DNA of 63,768 nt, filler included, from Collodictyon triciliatum (taxonomy: Eukaryota): the NCBI GenBank assembly GCA_043381765.1. It is 9 parts of 9 records of this genome, joined end to end, with 100 filler letters (N's around TTAATTAATTAA, not from the genome) between each part and the next. Parts side by side here need not be neighbours in the genome. Positions count along the whole stretch, not along the records: positions 1 to 7,386 come from JBHJMP010003925.1; positions 7,487 to 14,869 come from JBHJMP010003926.1; positions 14,970 to 22,352 come from JBHJMP010003927.1; 6 more parts are not named here. One strand, given 5' to 3'. Each line of letters opens with the position of its first letter. Within the stretch, counting starts at the first letter, position 1. Of this stretch, positions 1-20,800 are shown piece after piece. The notes below the pieces were generated by a model that was given only the letters and a program-made list of their open reading frames with translations, ran no database searches and had not been told where the DNA came from. Position numbers and translations under genes: made by a program.

Positions 1-131
1 ATAATAATAAAAATAATAATAAAAATAATAATAAAAATAATAATAAAAATAATAATAAAAATAATAATAAAAATAATAATAAAAATAATAATAAAAATAA
101 TAATAAGAATAATAATAAGAATAATAATAAT
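1..131. repeat. AT-rich minisatellite (AAAAATAATAAT)n at contig start
   Basis: About 10 direct 12-nt repeats visible; the last copies are AAGAAT variants. Confidence 0.95.
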
Positions 132-838
132 AGCCATATATATGTGGATATGAAGGTGTATATAATATAGCTTTTTGCAAAGGTTTGCAAAGTAGTCACC
201 GCGTAGTCGTGGTATCCGAGCTCTGAAACATATCGCATTTTTGTAGGTCATGAAGAAAGACACAGACAAGAACATGAGTTTGCGAAAGCTATGGAAATAA
301 GCGAAAGAGAAATCACCATTGGTTTTTCTTTCACTTTTTTTCTTTCATTTCACTTTCAGTGCTTCTGACACACATTGACCATCTCCTCACAGGAATAAAA
401 GAAACTATTCAAGTTGCTGATGATACTCGTGTAATATGTAAAACAAGGGTTTACATATTTATTTTATTCATTCGAAAAGCTGGCCGCTGGTCGGGTTGTT
501 AATAAGAAAAGAAGAAAAAGTTGAATGAACCACTTTAACACTCATTTTTTTTTTCATTAGAGTTCTCATACAAGAAAAATAAAAGGGGGCTTTTTACAGA
601 TTTTCCCTGACCGATACGCCATACTTGAAATTCTCTGGAAAGAAGGAAGAAGTTTTTGGAGGACACACTTTTTCTTTTTCATCTTTTCTTGTCTCTTTGC
701 CTTTCATCCTCCCATTACCCCTCACTCTTACGCAGCAAACACATCGCCTTAAATCAGAGCATAGCAGTCTGGATACGCACTGCGCCTGGGCGGATGGGAA
801 GAACCAAAGCATTTTCCACCCCATGTGTCGGCAGCCAG

Positions 839-7218
<6,380 letters not shown>

Positions 7219-7291
7219 CTTTATGTTTAATTACTAGTGTCAGTACTGCATTAAGATATGTAAGAGATATACGACTAGATATATACTTTTA

Positions 7292-7386
7292 AAAGAGAAA
7301 AAGAAAAAGAAAAGAAAAAGAAAAAGAAAAGAAAAGAAAAGAAAAGAAAAGAAAAGAAAAGAAAAGAAAAGAAAAGAAAAGAAAAG
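7292..7386. repeat. (GAAAA)n microsatellite at contig end
   Basis: Direct tandem repeat. Confidence 0.9.
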
Positions 7387-7486
7387 NNNNNNNNNNNNNN
7401 NNNNNNNNNNNNNNNNNNNNNNNNNNNNNNTTAATTAATTAANNNNNNNNNNNNNNNNNNNNNNNNNNNNNNNNNNNNNNNNNNNN
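7387..7486. other. Artificial contig linker (N44-TTAATTAATTAA-N44)
   Basis: Identical 100-nt spacer with stops in all six frames, recurring about every 7.47 kb. Confidence 0.98.
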
Positions 7487-8086
7487 GTACGATTCAGCAA
7501 ATGCTTCGTGTGGATTTGTGTGGACAACATTCAAGCGCGGTGGTTATTGTGCTACTTGGAATAAAAGGTTATCATCAAAGACGCCAACATCTAACCTGCA
7601 ACCAAACCATACTGCTAGAGGGCGCGCGACAATTTCACCGTGTAGCAAAAAAAAGCTAATAATAATAATAATCCCCCGTTTGCTCAGATTTTTATACCAT
7701 TTTATTTATAATGTCAAGAGCAGTATTCATGAGACTGGGATGTTGAACGTTTATTTCTTATTTGCATAAATGACGCAAATGCTTGGGAGAGGAGGGTGCC
7801 ATGGTTCGAGAGGACCTTGTGTTTGCCTTCGGTTTCCTTTGTGATGGGTGGCTGGATTCGTAGAATGGAAACCAGAAAGTTGTTTCAGAAAGTCGAAGGA
7901 TTGTTTTGTTTTGTTTTGTTTTGTTTTGTTTTGTTTCTTAAATCGTCGGCTCGAAATTGTTTCTCTACAACAATTAATGAAATGAATAGTTTTCGAGAAA
8001 CAACTTTTATTTCAATGATTTGTGAATGAGGAATCAACACCTTTTGCTGGCCACATTTTCTTGTTTCTTTGGTTTTTTTTTTTTTT

Positions 8087-11000
8087 TTAGAATGCAGATG
8101 CGATGAACTGAGTGAATGTGTCTCTGAATTCATCATAAGTGATAACCCCATCTATTTTAATTATCATAGTTACGACTCATGATTATTTATCTTCGGTACC
8201 TCGTATGTGGAAGAAAAAAGTAGTGCAGTAATATTATGCCAGAAATCACGGATAAAACATCATAGACTCACCATGATTCTTGTCCATAATGTTCATAAGG
8301 ATATCGACATCCTCATCCGGTATAATGTTTTCTCTTCTGGTTTTGTTAATTTCTGTCACTTTTTTGTGCAGTTCTCCGAGTGAGATGGTTCCTGGTATAA
8401 CATAATGAAGTAAATTCAAAACATGCACAAGACTGCATTTCCTAGATAAATCATACATAAATTGAGGTAAAGAAAGTAAACAGTTAAAAGTAATCATATC
8501 TGCATATAAATCAACGATAATTTAGAATATATCCTCTCTCCTTTGAACCAAGCAAAAGAAAATAGAAAGAATTCGTATCTCCTTTTTACGGTCATCTGTC
8601 ATATTTTTCAGGAGTCTTGACTTTGAAAGTATAAATGTATATACACAAAATCGAGGCTAATATACCAGAGCCGTCTTCATCGATCTCAAGGAAGGCATTT
8701 CGAAGGCTTTTGAATTCATCTTGAATGGCCTTTGCAACTCGCAGTAAGAAAGCATGCTTCCAGTCGCTTTTTGGTCCCTGGAATATATGGGTGAGATATA
8801 TACATCGATATTTTGTATTTAGATTTAATGGGGAAAAAAAATTAAACCAAAAAAAAAAAACTAATCTGTTGAAAGGATACTTCAGTAAGGTTTGCCAATG
8901 GAGAAAGTGACTCGATAATTTCCCTCATCTCGATTTTCCCATCAGAGTTTCCATCAAGTAAAGACAGTAAAAACTGTGTCTATTACATAAAATTATATAT
9001 GAAGTATAAGGTAAAAGGAAAAGAATGGTAAGGTGCCTCTACGTTTACTGACATGTTATGTTTCTATGAACGCAAGGATACGATTTAGTTTTCGATGCAT
9101 ATCGTAATGAGCACCTGCTTATCATTGAGAGCAATATTATACTGCGAGCCAAGCTCAAAAAGGAAGGCTTTGTCGATAACTACAATGAAATATGGATATT
9201 AGGAGATTTAAAAAATGGGTGTATTGGATATATTCAATTGATCACATGTTGTCATTTTACTAAGGGAAGTATTTTTTGTTCAATAACATGAATAGTTCAT
9301 ACCTCCATCCGCGTGCATATGTTTCTGAAATAGCGATTTGAATAGACTGTACCTATTAGTCTTTGATAAAGTATCGATAAATTTCCTCTTTTTTTTGTTA
9401 TAATAGATAAAAAGATAAATCTGGGTTGAAATAAGTACTTGAAAATCTGATAAAAGGTTCTTGTACAAGTCTTTGACTGATTTAACCTCAGAGGGAGAGA
9501 GTCCGGAGTATTCCTTCAATCAGAGAAATATAAAGAGTAAGAAGCATGCAATTATTATATTTTAATAAATTGTTGGGCTTTTTACTCTTGGAGAGAGTGA
9601 GATAGAGAGAAAAAAAACACATAAATAATAAAGTAATAAAGACAACCTAAAATATATGAAAATAAATTCAAGCGATTGGAATATGCAGCAGGCAAAATCG
9701 TTTTTAGAAGAAAAATATACGATGTGAAAAGCCAAGTCGAATGCCATTATGAACTCCTTCCTTGTAATCAAGCCGTCTCTGTTTCTGTCAACGTGTGCTA
9801 GAAGATACCCCATCTATATGATTGTTTCATGAGACATCTCGCGAGTAGGATTGATGTTTAACATAAATCATTTGCGACATAATTTAAAATACGAAAAAAT
9901 TACTGAAGCATCTCCGATTTCAGACATATGTTTAACTTTTTGGACGAATATATCATGTGGGACTGAATCTATGGGCATTTATTTGTATTACTATAATCAT
10001 TAAGATCTGCAATACAAGCAAAAAACACACAGCAATTCGAGTTGTAAAAATAAATCAATATATATAATTTATATAGAGTATGACATGAAAGTTCCTTTTC
10101 TGAGTGATATTCATCTACACAGCATCTATATACAATCAGAATAATTATTTTTCTTTGACTTTGACAACAAAGTATTGAAATAACCTGAAAATCCTTCACT
10201 GATGCTGTCAAAGAGCTGACCAGCAGAGGAAAAATCCTTCAGGATTTTTTGGACGATGATAGAATTTGCTTTCTGGTGAATACATTCACGCTATTTGGTG
10301 TAAGTTTTAAGATATGTAGTTATTAGCTCATATTGCAAGGATTTTTTCCTCGCTTGTTTATCTTGTTCGTATACTTTTTCAACTTCATTTGCTGCTATAA
10401 ATGGGCTTACATCTTCTTTGTTGATATCAAAAGATGATAAAAACAATTTCCAGTCGATATAACCTTTGTAGCTTCGTGGAACCAAGTGGTTCTGTATTTT
10501 TGAAAAAATATTGTGAAGTTAGTAGACCTTGCAAATATATTTTAAGCGTGTCTCTTGTCTACCTTTTATTTTACATCTGACAATATGATTATTTTTTTAA
10601 TGCTGGAAAAAGTATAGAAGGAAGATATAATTTGATATTTGATTTTTTTTTAAAAAAAATCATTATGTACTATAAGTTCCTTCCATGGAAAGGCCCGACC
10701 AATTACTTTTTCCATTACATGAACCCAACACGATTCAGGGATGTGTCCTAACATAAAGCATGATGCTTTTGAATATTTTGACCACATTATTGTATTTAGT
10801 GTGACCAAGTTTATGAAGGAAGGAACTATTGAATGAAGTATGAAAACTTGTAGTAATATGTAAGGAGTTAAGGAAACCCTGTGTGTGTTACCTTCAGGCA
10901 AATAAGATGGGATTTCGTATTTCTAAAAATTGATTAGTTTGAAAAGTGTCCCGATACCAATTACGAATGGGACATATTCTTTTGTTTTTCAGAATCAAGC

Positions 11001-13780
11001 TCACCTCTTGCTCTTCCGCAAAGTATTTAGCTAGTGATGGCTTTTCCATTACAATCAACTCACATATCATAAAATGATTGTACTCAGAGAGCTTGTATAT
11101 TGCCCTTATGATCGATAGGTTAGCGTTAATAATGAGGCCATGTTTATAACTTTATGTACATATATAAGAAGGAAATTTCCTCGGACATACACACCATCGA
11201 CCTGTCGTTTCATTCCCTATTTGTAAAATAAATTATTGGTCCAATTAAGATATGCAAACTTGATCTGATATAATTTCCTCTGGGTTTTTTTAGGTCTATC
11301 GTAAATGGGTGAGATTATATATGCAACCACCTGGAGGCTCATTTTTGAAAATATCAACGATGCTATCATGGGTTACTATTGCTGAAGATGACTGGTAGTT
11401 TTTTTTATAAAAAAAAAATAATTAAAATGAAGTATTGTGTTTAAATCGGGTGATTCAACCAGTATGTGCGGACTAAGGATATACTTCATATATCAATCAT
11501 TCTAAAAATCAATTATGTTAAAATATTGATTTTTTTTTATTCTTCCTTTCAATTTCTGCTGGATGGTGGGGATTTGGGGTTACAATATTTGATCTAATTT
11601 TATGGGAAGGACTCATGCTATCTAAGAAATAACACATTCGTAACAGAGCTAGCTTTAAACCCAATACCTTATTTCCGTACACTTTCTTGTAGTCGTTCGC
11701 ACAAAACACAGAGATGCATCTTTCTTTATGCTCGATCTTAAAAAATATATCAAGATGATGCAATTTTACATAATTCAATTCGTGTCGTGCCAATTTTATC
11801 AAATATTTTCATTTTTAAATTATACTGTTATTACATAATAGCAATATCCTCTTTTGTATGTGTGCATATGAAGGAATTTTTATCAAATGGTAGAATTAAG
11901 CATACCGAATACCCTGATTCTATGACACCGTATGACCTCACAATTTTCTTCATTCCAAAATCTTTCAAGAATGTCTTCGTTTCAGCAGGTCCAAAGTCAA
12001 AGCCGACAACACGATGTCTTTTGTAAAATCATATTGAAGAAAAAAAATAGCCAGAAAAAAAAAGAATAGTTAAATATAAATAAATACAAGATAATGTGAT
12101 ATTCTTTTCTGATGCAGCTATGGATTAAAAAAAAAAAGTACCAATGTCAGTGATTGGGAGACCAGATAATTTACAAGTAATATTACGTTCTCTCGAATCC
12201 GTTTGATTCTTTGGGTCTGGCCCACATCATTTGGTAAATTGGAGATGAACGATCGAGCTCATCAAGGGGAACAGTCAACTTCTCGAGCATATCCTCTTTA
12301 TTGATAAGAAATAGGCTAATGTATAAGTGTTTGATTGAATCATGTAGGAAGCAAGCAATTGATAAACAAACTTGTGAGATTTGGGCTCGGGCCACCACAC
12401 ATGACAACAGTTGCATTGTCTATAATGGTCATAAGTGGCAGCACCCGCATCACATCTGCAATTTTAATGCGAATTTCTTTGCTGTACTTCTGGGATATTA
12501 ATGCGTCTTTGAATCCGTAATTCTCGTAGAATTCTCTAAAATCAAAGTATGTGCCATTTTAATTTCATACACATTTATATATCTGCATATAAACATGTAA
12601 TATGAATATTTAGCTTCATTTATTATCATGATATGTATGGGATATAGTAGATAATGCTGCGACTGCATATATGATTTTAGTGAATGCTGGAAATCCATTA
12701 CATAATTTCGTAGGGTCCACGATTGATATATACATATTCTGGAAATATGCATTTGAGATATAATATCAGCAGTAAAACGGCAGATGAATTAGGTCCGTGT
12801 ATCATGTTTCCATTGAATATGTACGCATTCACTTTAGAAGGAGAACCATATTTTCGAAGGATATGAGCAAAGTCTGGAAGTTGGCCGTGAAGAGAGCCTA
12901 TCACTACAAAACGGCGAGTTTCTGAGAGGCCTTTTGTTTCCACATACTCGATGTACATTGGTTTGGAATGAAGCCGCGTTGATGACTCTTGTTTATGCGC
13001 AGGCTTCGCATACAGAGCGAAGACTTGATCGAGAATCCGTTCGGCTTTGCTCTTGTTTTAAAGAGAATATACGAAAACATTATGTTAATATGAAATAAAT
13101 TGATCGATAGATGTACAGATATTAGTTGGCTTGAACATCGAGTTTCTTTCTATTGGATATAATTAAGCATTTGTTTTTTATGCTTTTTAGTAATCCCTTT
13201 CCATCGGATTTTTTTTAAAAATCCTTTAAAATGACATGAATTTCAATCCTACTTGAAATTCGAAATATAAAATTGAACACAGAATAATCAATTACATAAT
13301 AAAACATTAAAATAATTATGCAAATCACTATGAGTACTATCATATAATAAGAGAATGATGCTTATGTAACTGATTGGGGAGAATGGTGATGTTTTCGACC
13401 CGACATTACAGGTCCATTGGCACCATGAATTATAAAAAGTAAATTTTCCTTCGATCTATCTGATAAAAAAAAAAATATCTCACGGGTGGAATGATGCCTC
13501 CTTGCAAACAATCTTTAATCAATGAGTTGAACTCCGTCGTTTCTTGATGGTGACTAGTGACATGACTTTCTGGGTGTTCGTGTGCTACACTTTCTGTCTC
13601 ATGGAATGTATACTGCCATTATATCATAAGTCAGGAAGGACTTCATTTAAGATGAAAAATTGACATGGAACAGTAAGGGCAGAATAATTGACACGAATCG
13701 AAAAACGTGTTTTTGAAAATAAGGTTGCAATATACCTTCACAAACTTCATTATTTTTCTCACGCCAGGGATAAGAGACAT
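8087..13780 (-). CDS. PPEF/PP7(rdgC)-like PPP-family Ser/Thr phosphatase domain with C-terminal EF-hands; catalytic motifs degenerate (probable pseudophosphatase)
   Basis: Putative start MSLIPGVRKIMKFVK (ATG 13780). PPP-like motifs: VIGSLHGQ, YIFNGNMIHG, YINRGPYE, YGF, LPLMTIIDNATVVMCGG, QMMWARP, FGPAETKTFL, IVRSYG, CISVFCANDY. EF-hand loops: DRNRDGLITRKE, DGNSDGKIDEGE, DEDGS|GTISLGE, DKNH|DGVITYDE. Stop TAA at 8087-8089. Confidence 0.8.
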
Positions 13781-14728
13781 TCTAATTTATCGAAAAAAAA
13801 ATCCTAAACTTGGAATACTATGAAACGAACACTTTGTAACTTTGTATTTGTATTCATATATTTATGTATAGTTTTTTAAAATAAAAAAATTATAAGTTTC
13901 AATCGCACGAAACTTAGAGTATTGGATTGAGAACACGAGACCATATGGTTTGAATCCAGAAGTGAAGTATTATAGGTGGAATCACAGATAATCTGAGCAT
14001 AGCACAAGCATACCCCAAAGCCCGGTTCTCAAGGGTGCATTCAACCGCTTCGGAGACTACAACCAACTCAAAGTAAGTCATTAGATTACACACCGCACTG
14101 TACGCAGAATATTTGAAAATAAAGTAGACATGTTTTTGTGATTATATTCATATCAGTAGATATTTTCTTAGGCATTGACATATCCCGAAAAAAAATATAA
14201 AGTGAGTTACTTTCCATCGCCCTCTGATCTCTAAAAAATTTTCTTTTCTTTGCAAAGAATATCTAAGTTAAAATATTTGCAAATGAAAAATTTGAAATAT
14301 CAATATAAACAAGATCTAAACAGAGAAGGGAAACAACAACAGGCATACACAAAATAAGAAGGACTCAGGCTGGCTAGCGAACCAAAGCCAAAAACCCCAC
14401 CTTCTTGCACAGACTGAAAGGAAGAATATAAAATAAAAAGGAACAAGACTACCATCTTGAAACGACGAATGGAAAAACAGAGACATATACATAATACGCT
14501 CCATATTTTTTTGGAGGGAAGGCCCTCATTATACTAAATGTAATATTTGGATGTGATGTCATAACGCACAATTTGTACCAGGAAGGTAAATTAAAATGAA
14601 AAAAATCATATAAAATAAAGTGAAAAGGACAGGAGAACCGAGCTATAAGAGAATGAGCGATGAAATAGGGAGATGTAGGAAATCAAATATAACGGTGCAA
14701 TGCAGAAATATGGGGGAGAACGAAAAGA

Positions 14729-14869
14729 AACAAACAAACAAACAAACATACAAACAAGCAAACAAACATACAAACAAGCAAACAAACAAACAAACAAACA
14801 AACAAACAAACAAACAAACAAACAAACAAACAAACAAACAAAAACAAAAACAAAAACAAAAACAAAAAC
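14729..14869. repeat. (AAAC)n / (AAAAAC)n microsatellite
   Basis: Direct tandem repeat at contig end. Confidence 0.95.
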
Positions 14870-14969
14870 NNNNNNNNNNNNNNNNNNNNNNNNNNNNNNN
14901 NNNNNNNNNNNNNTTAATTAATTAANNNNNNNNNNNNNNNNNNNNNNNNNNNNNNNNNNNNNNNNNNNN
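14870..14969. other. Artificial contig linker
   Basis: N44-TTAATTAATTAA-N44. Confidence 0.98.
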
Positions 14970-15058
14970 ATACATACATACATACATACATACATACATA
15001 CATACATACATACATACATACATACATACATACATACATACATACATACATACATACA

Positions 15059-15086
<28 letters not shown>
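14970..15086. repeat. (TACA)n microsatellite
   Basis: Direct tandem repeat. Confidence 0.95.
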
Positions 15087-15089
<3 letters not shown>

Positions 15090-15179
15090 CTTTCATTCCC
15101 AAGTGAACAGAGGGATGAAGAAATTCTAAAATATTGCGGCGTCACTAGGCCTATCTCAGAGTCACATACATCCAAACCA

Positions 15180-17080
15180 CGTTTTTTTTCGTTTTTGTTT
15201 TTTTCGTTTTTTTTTTGTTTTTTTTTGTTTTTTTTGTTTTTTTTATTTTTTTTATTTTTGTTTCGACAATTTTTGAATTGTATTTTACAGTATATTTCAA
15301 GAAAAAAAAGGCCAAGGAAACCGCCTTCGCTTCTCTGACAAAAAATGAGCTGTAGACAAGACAATGGAATACCCTGGATTGTGTGGTTGGAGGTTTTGTG
15401 TTTTGGTGGAGAAAAGAAATAGAAAAAGAAAAAAAAGAAAATAGAAAGGAGAGAAAGTGTTCTTTCACACGCAGACTATTCTACCCGAGGTGAATCCGCT
15501 CCAACGCGATTTCTGGTTGTATTCGAGACTGATAGATGAGCGAATAAAGTTGTCGGGTCGATGAAAGTACGCGCATGACAGTTACTTCTCAAATCGATTT
15601 CGACGAGTCCTTTCAACCATCTATCTCAGACAAGGTTTACATCCTATTTCATTCCACAGGATGAGTCTTTTGAGGAGACAACGGGTCACTTTCCTTACGT
15701 TTCTTGCTGGGCGGCTCTGACAAAAAGCGATACATCGTTGTTTGTCTGGTATTAGTGGAAGTGGCGCTTGACCGTCCCCTGGTTTCGGAACCATACGCAG
15801 CCGGCAGTGGACTTTGCTTAACCGGAGTATGGATACGCGTTTGTGGTTTTAGAAACATACGCTCCTGCTTGCTCGGACTGTCTTTGGTGCGTGGATTTCC
15901 AGGCTTGGATTCGACTTGTGCTGTTTGTTCTTGCTCCTTGGTTCTCGGTGCGACGGGCTGGGGCAGGGGAAACGGACTATCTTTGGTGGGCGCTGGTTCT
16001 TGTGTTGCCTTCGCTTTGGGTTATCCTTTCTGGATATGTAACGAAGACTGCCTTGATACCTCCTATGTTAACCATGTTCACGTCAGTCTGAATGGGTAGT
16101 TTAAGGGGGGATTTCTTTCGGGGTTTGGAGATACACTGCTCTTGGGTCTTGCGATGTGCGGGTTTGTCCGGTGTTGGTGGTGAAGGGCTCGAGTGCGAGG
16201 ATTCTGAAGAGGAACCGAGATTTCCTTCTATCTCATCGTTGTCGCTATCGCTGTATGCGCGTATCTGCTGTGAGTCTTATGGACTCTGTTGTTGCCTGGC
16301 CTTGGCTTCCTTGACCCCGTTGCTGCTTGTCTGCTTGGCAGGTGTATTCTTTTGCGGAGTTTTTACTTGTCGTTCGTTGTTCGCGACTGGCGGATGCTAT
16401 TTGAGGATGCGCTTCGGACACCTTTTACCCATGACTGTAAACTTTGCAGGGAGCTGGTTCTTGTGAAAAAGAAGCTTCACCACAGCCGTGTCTGTGAAGA
16501 AGCCTTTGTCCTTTTTTTATGTCCACGTGGGTCGGTCTGAACGGCTTCAGCTCCTCACGAAGGAGTTGCGGCCACACGTCCAGCGGTAGTTGGTAGAGCA
16601 TCACCAAAGTCTTTGTTGGTTTACTACTGCTGAAGCTGGTTATAATATCGCTCAAAATTACCTGCTTCAGCTCCAGAAGCTTTCGGGCGTTTTCTGCAGT
16701 GCGGAAGGCTATCAGGCGAAGGCCTTCGCTGTCCGGTAAGCGCAGTTGGATGGACTCTTCCCAAAGTTTGTTCGCTTTCAAGAAGGAGGCGAGCGCATCA
16801 GTGAGCCTGCGGGCCTTGTTCTTGTTGTAGACGACTTGCTTGACATCATGCAAAAATACTGTCCGATCAGACAGACTTGCAGGCGGCTTCCTTGCATGGG
16901 TCTTCCTAGACTTACGTGCAACTCGGTTTTGTCTTTATAACAGTGTTGGAACCAGAAGAACTGGCTGCAACTTGCGAAGTTTTTGGCAGGTCGCGGCTTG
17001 TGTTATCCATCGAATGCAGTCAACAGATTTAAGTCTTGTAGCAGAATGATGCTGTCGTTTCCATAAGGCCCTCGTCGCCC
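15180..17080 (-). mobile_element. Degenerate non-autonomous retroelement with a broken gag/ORF1-like reading frame (L1/Tx1-like) and an A-rich 3' tail
   Basis: Intronless GC-richer block. ORF 16425-16853 (LRLIAFRTAENARKLL...TLVMLYQLPLDV...LREELKPF) continues after a frameshift as KDKGFFTDTAVVKL...LPAKFTVMGKRC, which resembles RRM-type ORF1. In-frame stops upstream, a long T-rich tract at about 15180-15262 (poly-A on the minus strand) and a second copy at 21953-22352. Boundaries approximate. Confidence 0.55.
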
Positions 17081-17832
17081 TAACCTCCAGTTAGATGAAA
17101 AATATGTTCGGTTTTCATATGAAGGAATCGTGGATTCATATTAGTGTGGAAATATGTGAAAGACTCAAAAATATCGCTGATGCAACATTTAAAGAAGCTA
17201 AAAGTTGTAATTATCACCAGGTTTCAATGGCTTCACTAATGAACCGTTTCCTCATATGTATTTTTGACACAAACGGAATCTGTCGAGATTTTTCACACTC
17301 AATTTTGTGGACTGCATCCACGGACATACAAACGCAGGTCTTTATTCACACCGCCTAGCATATTTACCCTCAAAAAACACAAATGCCACACACGAACCTA
17401 CCGCAGACCACGAACGTGCTGGCACGCGACGACAGGATTGAATGTGCATCTATGTACCCGATTATGTCTTATGTACTCATATCCTGCCTTATCCATAATG
17501 CGAAACCCCTTCTTTCTCAAGAAAATCATGCAGCAAGTCAGCTCTTGTAGGCAAAACCCTAATCTTTTTAAATACATAAATTGGAAAATTCTATTCCTTA
17601 CGAATGAATCACTGAAAATGACAGAGAATGTGACATCTTCTGAAAAATCATATTTTTAGTCATCTATAGAGAATCTTCAATGAAAATTTTTTTAACAATA
17701 TATATATTGCAAGAATGGAGCTTTCATTTTAACAAGTTTCCATCCATTGAACAGCAGAATCTACAACCCTTACAATTAAGCAAGCAAAAAAAGAAACTAA
17801 CTATTACAAGAAAACCAGTCAAGCAGGGCGAC

Positions 17833-20800
17833 ATGAGTGGTCTTCAAAGAGCTTGCGTACGACAGACATTTCTGCTCGCAGCGCTGCTTCTGTTCTCTTC
17901 TTACCCTTCAAGTGCAAAAGATAGAGACTATTTGGCAAACGTCTTAGCAAGTCGACCTGGGGTCAAAGCGCGCCGAGAAAAGTTGCATTCTGGTGAAACC
18001 TTCAAGCGAGACCCGCATCAGCACGAGCACAAGAATAACTTGCTCTCTTGTGGAACGCCATTTGATAAAGGTGTTTTTTTTTTTTTTTTTTTTTTTTAAT
18101 GAAAATACAAATCACTTTTAATGGGGGAAGACGCCCGAATACTTTTAACATTTTTATGATTCTTGACCTTTTTTTTTTATTGCTTTTCATTATGTATCTT
18201 TTTAATCATAGATGTAACTCGCTCATACGGAAGAGACCAACAAAAGAAAACGTATGAAGGCAATGAGTGCCTTGAGACCATATGTGACGATCCAACCTAT
18301 GTTCTTGGATACGTGGATGCCTTGCAAAGTGGACACATCGAACAGGTCACCGCAAGTAAGTTGTAGTCTGATCCTACTGGCCATTTTCTTACATTCTTGA
18401 TAAAATGATTCATAAAATTATAGTACTATCTTTTATATACAGAAATGGTTAATCGAAATGAAAAAACTCTTACACAGACGTGACGGTTTATTCCATCGGC
18501 AAGGACGATTATAGCGAACCATTCTCTGATGTGCAAAAGTCATCTGTCCACAAGGAGTTCATGAACGCATACTTTCAAGGAGTATATGTTAATTTTGAAT
18601 TTGAAGACTATATAATTAATTCCACTTACTTATGGCATGGTGAGATCACTCCTTATGGCTGTCCTATTGAGAAAGTCGGAGACGGTACATTTGAATAGTT
18701 TCATGCATCAACCTGACAGTTTTACATGTAACAAAAAAATTATGCATCCTTCGTAACAAATGATTCGTTCACTTGATTCGTTCTTTTATAGGCTTTGGAG
18801 ATTTTGAATGTTTACACACCTACAACGGATATGACGGAGGCGACTTTATCTGTCTGAACCCATCGAGCTGCAATCCCCTATGTGCTCTCGACTTGATTCT
18901 GGATGGTGCTCCTGGTACAGAGGAATGTACTTGCATTTGCGTGAACTATAGTGTGTGCGATGGTGTATGTCTTTCAAAGATTAATGAAAACATCGAATAT
19001 CGGTTATCTTTTTTTTATTCTTCCTTTCAACTTTATCGGTTATCTTTTCTAATACTCGTGATTAATACTTCTGATCCCATAATAAGGGACAACCAATCCT
19101 AAATAAATATATTTTTATCTTCTACATTTCGGATTTTAAGAAATCCAGGCAATCTAATCATTGATGGCATTTGGAATAGTTGATTGGAAATGGAGTGTGT
19201 GATGATGATTGCAATGTCGCTCCGGCGAACTACGATGGTGGTGACTGCTGCTTAGATCCTGCTGATGGAAAATGCTTTGACCATCGACGAAAACTTTTCC
19301 AAAGAAGTCAATTATCAAATAATTATCGCATTCTATTTCATGCAAAGATAGCCACGTTAAAATTAAGCAAAAGGCTGTCTAGTTATTCATCAACTTCCCA
19401 TTACCCTTCCGGCGCCTTATGATATTTAATAATCTAATTTTTGTAGGTTTTGCTGATATCGTCGAGTTAAGGGAGTATGTTAATTCCAACTTCTCTACAT
19501 CGCTCTACATTTACGTTGGAAGAATCGAAAGTGATTTTTTGTCATTTCATAGTGTGCTTCATCTCGCTATCAAGATAGTTTAAAAAGATTGATGCAAGCG
19601 CTAAATTATATGACAAAATTATGTAGGTGCGTCTCTTCTTGGAATCTCTGTTTTTCCCTGGACGATTGATTTCAGTAAATCTTCCGAAGGTGGATTTTTA
19701 ATGGAAAAGTTTGTGTGGCAGGAAAGCTCTTTTTTCGCTGGGACGGTCACTGCTCACGAGGTTTTTTCTTGTTTTACATTCTTTAAAGAGGCTCGGGTAG
19801 TCCATTATAAACTTTGATACGTTTCAATGTTACTTTTCTTCATTCGATGAGGGAATATAATGTATTTTGAATATTATAAAACTTGCTCATTCACACTTAA
19901 AGATGATGTCATCATATTAGGCAGGCCATTCATTCGGGCTATGGCATACTTTTCATGGTGTTTCGGAGCTGCAAGATGGTATTGGGAGGAATTGTGTGTT
20001 ATGAGAGTGTATATATACTAATAATTTGTAACTTTTCTGGTAATTTTTTGAAGATTGCTCTGACCCATGCTACGAAGCTCAGTACCCAATTGGCGGTGAA
20101 GGAACCATGTTAAGAGGAGACTTGTGCTCTGATACGCGACCAACCCCATTGAATTACGAATGCGATGACCCCGAACCATGCCCAGCAGACGTATTTTTTT
20201 GTCATTTCCCTTTATAAGATAAGAACGAAGTGAAGACTAAAGTTAAATCCGTTTTGTAACTTTAAGCTTTTTTTTTGGAAGTTATTGATCACCATTTAAT
20301 ACCATAATATAAAATGCTGATAGGCGTTGGCATCTAGAATAATTGAATGACAAACTGAGGCAGATGAAAATAAATATAATTCACAGGTGTACTCGCTATC
20401 TTGCATGGATTGCAGATTTAGGCCCTGGTCCGATACACCCCTTGAAAATGTGATGGGTTACTCCTTCCTCAGCGGTGATTGCAGGAACCCAACGTTTTCT
20501 CCACAACAGGTGTTATGCACTAACAAAAATCAATAATTCTTTAAACTACTCGGTTATTGAACGATTTTGAGGCCTTTTAAAAAATAATTCATCTTGAAGT
20601 TAACTAGTGTATAATTTGATTGAACATAATAGAGTGCTAGAGCTCGTTGCTATTTTGACCTCTATTACTCGGATTGGGATAACTCAAGTGCGTCTATACC
20701 GAGAAAATTGAAAATCTTTTCCATCATCGATTTAAATGCACGATCCTTTATCCCTGCTCTATATATATATATATATATCCAAACTTCGAATGTTGAATCC

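Noticed and set aside
1-131. Possible telomeric repeat at the window start
   Set aside because: A purely A/T 12-mer with no G-rich strand; other contigs also break at simple repeats.
170-300. Possible last exons of a plus-strand gene (...VMKKDTDKNMSLRKLWK*)
   Set aside because: Plausible splice acceptor, but too short and no recognisable domain.
14606-15468. ORFs made of FVCL, TNKQ, YVCM or FIYL repeats (also 1970-2337, 33292-33961, 39943-40155, 44818-45012)
   Set aside because: These are stop-free translations of microsatellites or A/T tracts, some running into N linkers.
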